From the NCBI GenBank assembly GCA_030650415.1, contig JAUSEG010000006.1, positions 1-50,874 on the forward strand: a stretch of 50,874 nt of DNA, read 5' to 3'. Origin of the DNA: a bacterium (lineage in GTDB: Bacteria > Patescibacteriota > Patescibacteriia > Patescibacteriales > GWC2-42-12). Position 1 is the first letter of the stretch. Each line of letters opens with the position of its first letter. Both the position numbers and the translations under genes were made by a program. Of this stretch, positions 9,135-17,203 are shown one piece after another. Under the pieces are notes generated by a model. It did not search any database. It worked only from the letters and a program-made list of their open reading frames with translations, and was not told the DNA's origin.

Positions 9135-9293
9135 ATGTCAGAAGAAAAAGACGAGCTTTATAATCAAGTTAAAATAAAACTAGTTGGAATGAAAACAATT
9201 TCAGCAAATTTTTTAAAGCAAAAGTATGATATACGTTTATCAGAAGCGGCCGAAATTTTAGATAGACTAAAAGAAGATGAGTTAATCTTATAA
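9135..9293 (+). CDS. Stand-alone FtsK-gamma-like winged-helix microprotein (52 aa)
   Basis: Manual translation MSEEKDELYNQVKIKLVGMKTISANFLKQKYDIRLSEAAEILDRLKEDELIL follows the gamma pattern DxLY...S...L.....I....A..++D.L...++; promoter TTGACT-17-TAGATT at 9047-9075. Confidence 0.6.
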   Translation: MSEEKDELYNQVKIKLVGMKTISANFLKQKYDIRLSEAAEILDRLKEDELIL

Positions 9294-9298
9294 TATTT

Positions 9299-9700
9299 AT
9301 GAATATTTATTTAGATATTGACGGTGTTTTAATTCATGATTCATTAAAAAATTACCAGAAAATTGCTAACGGGGCGGTAGATTTTCTGCGAATGATTACT
9401 GATAAGCATAATTGCTATTGGCTGACTACACATTGCAAGGGCGACACTATACATACATTAGAATATTTAAATGATAGATTGCCAGTTGAAGCTAGGCAAT
9501 ATATTAATTTAATTAAACCGACTAATTGGCGAACATGGAAAACTGAAGCAATTAATTTCAGCCAGGATTTCCGCTGGATAGACGACGAGACATATGAGCC
9601 GGAACTTGAAAAATTACGCGAACACCATAGTGAAGACAAGTTGATTCGCGTTAATCTTGAGCAAAACCCGAATTTTCTTAAAGATATTTATTTTTCATAA
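9299..9700 (+). CDS. HAD-superfamily protein (small, cap-less)
   Basis: YLDIDGVL, WLTT, K, WIDD motifs. Confidence 0.8.
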   Translation: MNIYLDIDGVLIHDSLKNYQKIANGAVDFLRMITDKHNCYWLTTHCKGDTIHTLEYLNDRLPVEARQYINLIKPTNWRTWKTEAINFSQDFRWIDDETYEPELEKLREHHSEDKLIRVNLEQNPNFLKDIYFS

Positions 9701-9743
9701 CCCTAATTACAGATGGGTTTTTTCGTATTAAATTATATTAAGT

Positions 9744-10394
9744 ATGTTAGAAAAATTTTGGGATAAAAATAAACATATCATTAATCTTGCGGCTATTCTT
9801 GTGGCAGTTGGTGCAATATTTTTGACAATCCCGCTTCCTCAAAATGAAGAAGCAAAAAAGTATTTAATAAATGTACAACTTTTTTGGTTAGTCATTATTT
9901 CGATAATGATTGTTGTTATTTTAGTATTATTTTATTTATTTTCAATAGAAATAGAAAAGAAAATAGAAGAGAAAAAATTTAATATAAACGGAGCATTATC
10001 AACCCTTATTTTTATGTCAGCATTATGGTTTATGGGCAATTTGTGGAAGTATATATTAGTATTGTATAAAGAACAATATTTAAAGCTCGCATCTAACTTG
10101 GGGTATGCAATAACTTTATTTTATTTTGGGTTACTTGTTTTTGTCAGCGAAAAAATTATACCATACTATTTCTCCAATAATAAAAAAAAGTTTTTTTCAT
10201 TATTCGCAATTACAGCTCTGTTGGGTTCTATGGGCGTAGCCTTTATTGAAGCCATTATAAATTTAAATTTTGATATTATTGACTGGGTCTTTGCTACAGA
10301 AATTAAAGTGATTAGTAGTATTATTATAATTTTTATAAAATGCGAAATTACAATCAGAAGAACAAAAAATATTAAGGGCAAAAATCCTCAATAA
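9744..10394 (+). CDS. Hypothetical multi-pass membrane protein
   Basis: About 6 hydrophobic segments. Confidence 0.7.
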   Translation: MLEKFWDKNKHIINLAAILVAVGAIFLTIPLPQNEEAKKYLINVQLFWLVIISIMIVVILVLFYLFSIEIEKKIEEKKFNINGALSTLIFMSALWFMGNLWKYILVLYKEQYLKLASNLGYAITLFYFGLLVFVSEKIIPYYFSNNKKKFFSLFAITALLGSMGVAFIEAIINLNFDIIDWVFATEIKVISSIIIIFIKCEITIRRTKNIKGKNPQ

Positions 10395-10604
10395 TTAAAA
10401 AGTATATTGCCCCCCGTTGATTGAACCAGGATTATTATCACTACCGAGCACATTAATTTTGTGGTATAATGTGTATAAGTCAATAACTTCTTAAATGTTA
10501 GCAAATTTTGCTAATTTAATAATAGCCTAATGTAAAAGAGTTAAAGTTTCCAAACAAGCCCTTGACTTTTTTTATTTATTGTCTTAAGATAGTTATTCAT
10601 TGAA

Positions 10605-10894
10605 AATTTTTTATTTAGTGTTAGGGTAAAGAATTTATAGTTATTAAGTTTTTTCTTTTTCAAGCTTTGAGTTAGTTGCCACCCTTAGTCGGTCTCACTA
10701 AAATTACCTTCTGAAGGTGGCCTGGTGTATTAGGCGGCACAACGTCGCCCTTAGATAATGCTAATTCAGTTTCCCTCCCTACATATCTGTAAATCCCTGA
10801 TTGCGGTGTCCTAGTGCCAGTTTTGGCTGAAATTTGTTTGGACATATTTTATTTCTTTATGTTTTTTCTTCACCCCAACACGAAATAAAAAATT
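10605..10894. repeat. 29-bp inverted repeat pair enclosing the YjzC-like ORF
   Basis: 10605-10633 versus 10866-10894, 26/29 complementary. Confidence 0.85.
10672..10845 (-). CDS. YjzC-like small protein (57 aa)
   Basis: Manual translation MSKQISAKTGTRTPQSGIYRYVGRETELALSKGDVVPPNTPGHLQKVILVRPTKGGN; the KTG..TP.SGIY...L.KGD..PP pattern is typical of YjzC. Confidence 0.7.
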   Translation of the reverse strand: MSKQISAKTGTRTPQSGIYRYVGRETELALSKGDVVPPNTPGHLQKVILVRPTKGGN

Positions 10895-11255
10895 CACATA
10901 ATGCGATCGTCCTGGTCAAGTTATGTTAATTAATACAAACAACAAACGAAAGGAACTGTTACAAGCAGTTCTTTTTGTTTTTATTTTTATTTACGCCGGT
11001 TATCGTTAGGCCGGGAATTTTAAATATGAGGAGCTTTTTGGAAAAATAGCTTTTCCAGCCCTCATAATATAATTACACAGCATCCAATCGGTTCCGTCCT
11101 TTTCGGTAATTAAGAAGCATACCTGTGAAGGCAGCTTTTCTTTTTTTTCTTCCATAAATTTCTGTTTCGCCCGTCACTCAAAATTGGGTTGTATAAGCCC
11201 GTTTAAATGGCGGGCTTTCTTATTTGGCCAGAACGATCGCATTATATAAATTTTT
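10888..11255. repeat. 32-bp inverted repeat pair enclosing a second micro-ORF
   Basis: 10888-10919 versus 11224-11255, 28/32 complementary. Confidence 0.85.
11006..11155 (-). CDS. Putative 49-aa microprotein
   Basis: MEEKKEKLPSQVCFLITEKDGTDWMLCNYIMRAGKAIFPKSSSYLKFPA; AATTT-ATG start context like other genes here. Confidence 0.4.
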   Translation of the reverse strand: MEEKKEKLPSQVCFLITEKDGTDWMLCNYIMRAGKAIFPKSSSYLKFPA

Positions 11256-11267
11256 AAACGAACAAAA

Positions 11268-11436
11268 AAACTACTGAATTGGCGGAACTTCATAGGGTGA
11301 GAATTAGTCCAATTTTCACCCTAAGATGTGAGGTCATAGGGCTATCCATTTAGATTTCCCCTATGAAGCACCACCGATTAAGTAGTTTCTGCCTTGGTCT
11401 GGCAAACGTCCGCCTGCTTCTCCTCACAAGAAGCAA
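11268..11436 (-). ncRNA. Structured leader / attenuator-like RNA
   Basis: Stems AAACTACT/AGTAGTTT, CTTCATAGG/CCTATGAAG, TAGGGTGAGAATT/AATTTTCACCCTA and TGTGAGG/CCTCACA. Minus-strand promoter TTGACA-16-TAAAAT at 11492-11465. Confidence 0.5.
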
Positions 11437-11935
11437 AAATAAAATTTTAATGTTCCGTGATTATATTTTAACATGCTATAAATAGCTGTCAAGTTTAACG
11501 GCCTACATATTGTCGGGTCAGCTTTCCGTCAAGCTGACTTTATTTAATATAGCCCAATTTATTTAGTTTTGCGGGCTTATTTAAACTATCCGGTAGATGC
11601 TGTAGAGTTTGGTAAATATGTAATCTGGGGGCGAGAATTAACAAATTTAACCCATTATGGTAGACTAATCCTGTGCTCTTAGATCAGGTATATGAATGTA
11701 ACTATTAACTCGTTGGCAGGAAGTTCTAACTTCCTCTACGACTCGGAGCATTACTTAATGAAACGAACTCATTGTTAGTTTTCTGCCTTAAGGCAGAAAA
11801 ATTTTCAGGCAGGGAAAGAGCCCCGCCCCGCACTTCGGGGGCGGGGTTTTCGGTTTGGAGCGAATTAAAAAAGTTTTAAACTATTTAATAAAAAGCTTTT
11901 AAAAGCAATAATTTCCCCGCGGGCAAAGCCCGACT

Positions 11936-12181
11936 TTAGGCAATTTTAAGTTTTTTTAGCACACAGTCTAAATCATTGTCATTTTCAAAACAAAAATTTG
12001 GCTCAATCTCTTTAATAAAAAAATCAATCATTTGATCAGCCGATAAAAATAATCGAAAATGTATACCCTCGTAATTATAAATAAAAACGAGCTTTTTATT
12101 TTTTTTGTTGCTCAAAAGGATTGATTCAATAGTTCTGTTCGGTCGTAAATAATTTGTATCTAACATAGTTATTGTGTTCAT
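11936..12181 (-). CDS. Hypothetical protein
   Basis: Likely start MNTITML at 12181; FIYNYEGIHFRLF. Confidence 0.55.
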   Translation of the reverse strand: MNTITMLDTNYLRPNRTIESILLSNKKNKKLVFIYNYEGIHFRLFLSADQMIDFFIKEIEPNFCFENDNDLDCVLKKLKIA

Positions 12182-12388
12182 AAATTTCTCTATTATTATT
12201 TTGTTATGCCTTCTTAAATTTAAAACTGCCAAAGAACCCTAAAAAATATCGGCTCGAACTTCATTTTAAGCTAAAAGCAACCTTTTCTTATGCTCATCCG
12301 CAAACCTTAACACCACCCCTTGATTTTGATATTCCAGTTTGGCATATTACACTATGGAATATAAAATTTAAGTATTAATAAAATAAGT

Positions 12389-12613
12389 ATGACTAAAACA
12401 ATTTATTCAAAAGATCACAAATTTTTAGTTGAGCGGTTAAAAAAGGCCAGAATTGAGGAGAACATAGATCAAAAAAAGGCGGCCGAGCTTTTGGGCAAAA
12501 CTCAATCCTTCATCTCAAAAATTGAGGCTGGGCAAAGAAGAATAGATGTGGTTCAACTAAAAGAATTTGCGAGAGTTTATAAAAAGTCGCTCAGTTATTT
12601 TATTAAAAAATAA
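12389..12613 (+). CDS. XRE-family HTH regulator
   Basis: LKKARIEENIDQKKAAELLGKTQSFISKIEAGQRRIDV. Confidence 0.9.
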   Translation: MTKTIYSKDHKFLVERLKKARIEENIDQKKAAELLGKTQSFISKIEAGQRRIDVVQLKEFARVYKKSLSYFIKK

Positions 12614-12642
12614 TATTGATTTAGAAATTTTAAAGAAACTTT

Positions 12643-12729
12643 TCAAATATTATTACCCAACCGAGCATACAGACGGCTCAAAAAATCGCAGCCTGTTTGG
12701 GTATCGGCGTTGATGAATTGATAAAATAA
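12643..12729 (+). pseudogene. C-terminal remnant of a second XRE HTH
   Basis: SNIITQPSIQTAQKIAACLGIGVDELIK* with no start codon; preceded by in-frame TAA at 12631. Confidence 0.55.
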
Positions 12730-12731
12730 AT

Positions 12732-13954
12732 ATGACGAAATTAAAAGATATTCCAAAATTTGATCGTCCCAGAGAGAAATTTTTGGAGAAGGGATCGGAC
12801 GCTTTAACCGATAGCGAGCTTTTGGCTATTTTGCTTGGTAGCGGGATTAAAGGAACAAATGTAAAAGTGTTGGCACAAAAGATTTTGAAAAAATTCGGAG
12901 ATAATTTATTGAACGCTTCGGTTGATGATTTGATGCAAATTTCGGGAATCGGCCAGGCAAAAGCTTTGCAAATTTCATCCGCGCTTGCGTTGACGAGGAG
13001 AATCTTTGACAAGCAAAATTCTTTGGACAATTTAATTTTATCGGCGCAGGATGCCATTGCTTTCGTTTCGGACTTGAAAGATAAAAAACAAGAACACTTG
13101 ATTTGTCTTTATTTAAACGCACGCAATGCCTTATTAAAAAAAAGACAATTTCAATCGGCACCTTGGACAAAAGTATTATTCATCCGCGAGAAATTTTCGC
13201 TCCCGGGTTGGAAATACACGCCGCCGGGGTGATACTTGTTCACAATTATCCTTCCGGTGATTCAAGCCCAAGTGAGCAAGACAAGCAAGTGGCCAAAAGG
13301 ATAATCGAGGCGGGGCAATTGATGGGTATTAATGTAGTCGATTTTTTGATCATTGCAAAAAACGGTGTGCATAGCATACTTGGCGAGATTAAAAGTACGG
13401 AGCTGACGGATACGGAGTATGTTGCTGATGGTTCTCAATCTTCTTTGCTTGATCTGCTTGTTGATACAAAACCAGTAACTTTTTACAAAAAAAGTGAAAC
13501 CTCAGATATTAAATTTAAAATTTTAAACAACGAAAGAAGGAAAAATATTCACCAAAAATCAGAGAGCAAAGATTTATTTATAAATCAAATTATTTGCGGC
13601 GATGCCGTTGATGTAATGAAAAAAATCCCAGATAATACTGTGCAACTGGTGATTACTTCACCACCTTACAATTTGAAAAATTCTACAGGAAACGGGATGA
13701 AAGATGGCCGCGGTGGAAAGTGGGCGAATGCCGCTTTGCAGAAAGGTTATTCTCATCATAACGACAATATGCCTCATGATGAATATGTAAAATGGCAGAG
13801 AGATTGCCTTGCGGAAATGTTTCGGATTATCCCTAATGATGGTGCGATTTTTTATAACCACAAATGGCGAGTGCAAGGCGGTGTTTTGCAGGGGCGTCAA
13901 GATATAGTTAACGGTTTTCCGGTTCGTCAAATTATAATTAAAAATGTATTATAA
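12732..13954 (+). pseudogene. radC: RadC (HhH plus JAB) fused to a truncated N4/N6 DNA methyltransferase; frameshifted
   Basis: RPREK...LTDSELLAILLGSG. Frameshift in the A8 run 13136-13143. JAB motif reads HNYPSGD instead of HNHPSGD. Then ICGDA...ITSPPYN, breaking off at FPVRQIII. Confidence 0.8.
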
Positions 13955-13958
13955 ACTC

Positions 13959-14165
13959 ATGGCTCAATTAACGAAAAAACAAATCAAAAGACAGGATTTT
14001 GTGGATAACGAAATATTTGAGTTAATTAAACGGCTGGCGCCGTCCGCGAAAATTAAATGGGATATTGAGATAATAGCGGATGTTCGAGAATCAATACGAA
14101 TACAGCTTATTAATAAGAAAAAAATAAAAAGTGAAATGGGATTTTATCCATACATAAAAATATGA
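13959..14165 (+). CDS. Small hypothetical protein in R-M context
   Basis: RQDFVDNEIFELI...WDIEIIADVRE...FYPY. Confidence 0.6.
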   Translation: MAQLTKKQIKRQDFVDNEIFELIKRLAPSAKIKWDIEIIADVRESIRIQLINKKKIKSEMGFYPYIKI

Positions 14166-15199
14166 AACTCGAAGTTAGAGAATCGCAAATCGAAGATGTG
14201 TTTGTGAGTGCGGGCGTTCTAACGCGTCGCATTCTCAATCTTGAAGACGAACCACGACTGCTTGTGCGACAGATGATTTTACCTTCGGGACGGCTTGATT
14301 TATTGTATGCTTACCAAACCAAACTGCTTTTAATAGAACTGAAAGCTGTTAAATTCAAGCGCGATTTTTTGGATCAAGTATTGAACTATAAGAACGAACT
14401 TTTGGAATATCAGCAAAGAGGCAAATTGTTGCAAGGCGATATCGAATCGTTCTTACTGTGTACTGAAGCAACTTCGTTAGAAAAATCTTTAGCCGAAAAA
14501 AGAGGGGTAAATCTAACCAAATATGATCCGCAAGAGGTGTTAGGTTTTTTTTATAAAAATTTCAAGCCAATTGCTTTTTTTACCAAAACAAAACCGATAG
14601 ATATAGGAATTTGGAATCTGCATTTAGTACATGAATTTATTTATCTCTTAGAGCAAACAAATTCAGTCATTCGGTTGCGTGAGTTAATTGGCGGTTCCCA
14701 AAAGACCCTATATAACAAGATCAAGTTTGCTTTTGAGTTACGTTTGATTAATTGGTTACCCAACCAAGATAAAGTTTCTTTGACGAATTTGGGTAAACAG
14801 TATGTACAGAGCAAAGATAAAATTTTGTCTCAACGAATGAGCGAGGAACAAGCGGAACTGTTGCGGAGATTTGTTATCCAAAACCCTTATGAATCGTCGG
14901 TTATTTTGGGAATTGCGGCTGTCGTTGAATCAGTTTTTGCCTTGTCTAAGAATACTTATCCAGTGCCAATGGGGCACTTGATAGAATACTTTGCTTACTT
15001 TGCAGGTAAGTATTTTGATTGGCAAACGCCCAAAGCAAAATTTAACGCCACACGAATGTATTCTAATTATGCTGTTGATTTGGGATTACTAGCAAAAACA
15101 GACAATACGGTTTACCTTACACCCGAGGGATTTCGCTTTACGGTTCAAATGCAGCTGCATAAAAGTTTTAAAATGGTAGAGTCGTTACGAGTTTTTTGA
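14162..15199 (+). CDS. NucS/EndoMS-like PD-(D/E)xK nuclease with C-terminal winged-helix-like domains; probable defence nuclease
   Basis: ESQIED...RQ...GRLDLL...LIELKA...DQVLNY; C-terminal SLTNLGK and YLTPEG wHTH-like ends. Confidence 0.7.
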   Translation: MKLEVRESQIEDVFVSAGVLTRRILNLEDEPRLLVRQMILPSGRLDLLYAYQTKLLLIELKAVKFKRDFLDQVLNYKNELLEYQQRGKLLQGDIESFLLCTEATSLEKSLAEKRGVNLTKYDPQEVLGFFYKNFKPIAFFTKTKPIDIGIWNLHLVHEFIYLLEQTNSVIRLRELIGGSQKTLYNKIKFAFELRLINWLPNQDKVSLTNLGKQYVQSKDKILSQRMSEEQAELLRRFVIQNPYESSVILGIAAVVESVFALSKNTYPVPMGHLIEYFAYFAGKYFDWQTPKAKFNATRMYSNYAVDLGLLAKTDNTVYLTPEGFRFTVQMQLHKSFKMVESLRVF

Positions 15200-15206
15200 G
15201 GATAAT

Positions 15207-15386
15207 CACTATACTAAAGTAATGATGTTGCAAAAATTTAGTTTTGAAAAATTTCTAAACGCGCTTGAGCAAGGTAAAATATTTGTAGATTTTGACGCGC
15301 GGACGGGACATAATCATGGAACAAAGTTTAGAATGAAACAAGATTGTTTGCCGATGTTGTATGAAAAAGCGACAGTAATAATTTAA
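15207..15386 (+). pseudogene. C-terminal fragment of an MvaI/BcnI-family restriction endonuclease
   Basis: Manual translation HYTKVMMLQKFSFEKFLNALEQGKIFVDFDARTGHNHGTKFRMKQDCLPMLYEKATVII*. Confidence 0.65.
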
Positions 15387-15416
15387 CCTAATTTTGATTT
15401 TTTTAGAATTTTTTGT

Positions 15417-16109
15417 TTGAAATTATTTCGGCAAGCCGGACATAGTTTTAAAAAAAATATAAAGCGGTTATTTTTCTTGACTCTTGCTTTTAGCCCGGCT
15501 GTAAAAAAATGTAAACTCCAGGCTAATCGGATTTTAGACTTTAAGTTTGCTGACAGTACTGCTTGGCGAGTAGATTTTTCCGATGTATTTGAAAAATTTG
15601 TACAATATATATTTAAAGAAGTAGCGAAAGAATCCGGCGGGCGCTTGTTGGTAAATTATAAGTTTGATGGATATTCGCCTCGACAATACGCGTGGGAATT
15701 AAATTATCTTGAACCCGATGCAATATTACAGAAAGGTAAGGCGATAGTTATTATAGACGCAAAGTATAAATCTCACCTTTACAATAAATTTGGGGCCAGC
15801 GAAATTTTAAAAGAAGAACATAGGCGAGATTTGCATCAATTATTAGCGTACGTTTCGTTTAGCAAAACCGAAACAAAATTTGGCCTCCTATGCTATCCAT
15901 CGCAAGAAATTGAAATGAAAGAAATACAGTATCGTAACCCCATAAATCAAACTCTAAATAAAATAAAAATATTTGGCCTCCCATTAAAAAATAGTAGCGT
16001 TAGTGAGGCTAAGCGATTATTGTCAAATGAGTTAATGCTAATTGAAGAATTAAGCGATAATGAATCAAGCAAAATTTTGCATAGTACTCTTATGTTAAGA
16101 GGCGCATAA
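15417..16109 (+). pseudogene. McrC-like nuclease, probably N-terminally truncated; no McrB
   Basis: VFEKFV...LEPDAIL...IIDAKYK...DLHQLLAY; poor TTG start and atypical first 30 residues. Confidence 0.65.
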
Positions 16110-16227
16110 AAATAGTATGTTCCCGCCAATTTTACTGGTAAACAATTTAACGGTTTGTACGCGGAAAAATTTGAAATTTAGCTATCATAAAAAATTATGC
16201 TATAATGTGTATATCTGCGGATAAGTC

Positions 16228-16353
16228 TTGACAAGTAAAATTTTTTAGAGTAATGTTGCTCTACTGGAAGTATCGCAGAAATATGGATGGAATTTCTTTG
16301 ATTTTGCTAAAATCACCCACTCTGCTCCCTTCGGGGGGCACGGTGGGCTTTTT
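16228..16353 (+). promoter_or_regulatory. Promoter, ~90-nt leader and terminator-like hairpin before the NYN gene
   Basis: TTGACA-17-TAATGT; CCCAC..TGCTCCC-TTCG-GGGGGCA..GTGGG followed by CTTTTT. Confidence 0.55.
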
Positions 16354-16361
16354 GTTATATT

Positions 16362-16925
16362 ATGCAAAAGAATGAAAGAGTCGCTGTTTTTATTGACGGC
16401 AGCAATTTATATCATAAGTTAAAGGAACTGCGTATTCCCAACACTATTAATTTTAGTTACGCGGGGTTATGCAAAAAACTTGCCCGAGGCAGGTAAATAA
16501 TTTTCTGCCGCTATTATGTCGGGGCTATTAGGGCCAAAGAAAATGATCAGAAAGGACAAAATCTCCGAGCTAATCAGCTAAGATTATTTAATAATTTAAC
16601 AGCGCAAGGATTTGTTATTAAGAAAGGAAATTTTTTGTTTAATAGCGGCGGTTATCATGAAAAAGGCGTTGATGTTAAATTGGCGGTTGATTTATTAGTT
16701 GGGGCGTATGATGATATATGGGATATCGCTATAATTATTTCATCTGATTCAGATTTAAACCCCGCGATAAAAAAAGTAAAACATCTGAACAAGAATGTTG
16801 AATATATAGGATTTTCTCATAGTCCCTGTTATTCATTGCAAAAAGTTTTATCGTTATCACGATTATTAATAAAAGATGATATAGAGGAATTTATTGCTTT
16901 TAAAAGCGGGGGCGGGCGCTTTTAA
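16362..16925 (+). pseudogene. NYN (LabA/DUF88, PIN-like) nuclease with one in-frame TAA
   Basis: MQKNERVAVFIDGSNLY...ARGR* (16494-16496), then IIFCRYY...EKGVDVKLAVD...ISSDSDL in the same frame. Confidence 0.85.
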
Positions 16926-17203
16926 AAGCTTTTTATAAAATAGTTTAAAACCTTTTTTTGAATTCAATTCGAGCTGAGGCGTAAAATCGGAGCCCTTCGA
17001 CAAGCTCAGGACAAGCACGATAAAAAAGTTTTAAACGACCGACCCCCCTGTTAGGGGATCGGTCGCTTTTCTATGCGACCGATTTTTGTTAATTCGCTTT
17101 ATTGAGGCGGTTTTTTATGCTATGATTAAATAATCAAGAATAAATTTTTTAGTCCTACCACCTTCTCCGTTCTCGGAAAGGTTGTGGTAATAAGAATAAA
17201 TTT

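Larger units (their letters stand above)
1..10400. mobile_element. Integrative, satellite-like element with R-M cargo; boundaries uncertain, accessory DNA may extend to about 17000
   Basis: Serine integrase, phage-like small genes, iterons with HTH Rep, then defence cargo. No att site identified. Confidence 0.6.
11873..16951. mobile_element. 5-kb block bounded by 34-bp inverted repeats, carrying XRE, radC and R-M remnants
   Basis: GTTTTAAACTATTTAATAAAAAGCTTTTAAAAGC (11873-11906) versus the reverse complement of 16918-16951, 33/34 identical. Confidence 0.5.

Noticed and set aside
10400..10435. TTGCCCCCCGTTGATTGAACCAGG as the element's att site
   Set aside because: No matching partner inside the window, so it cannot be supported.
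10605..11255. Retron msr-msd or DGR
   Set aside because: The inverted repeats resemble a1/a2 arms, but no reverse transcriptase is present in the window.
16494..16496. Stop-codon reassignment explaining the NYN internal stop
   Set aside because: TAA ends most genes here and TGA/TAG also act as stops; a single nonsense change is simpler.
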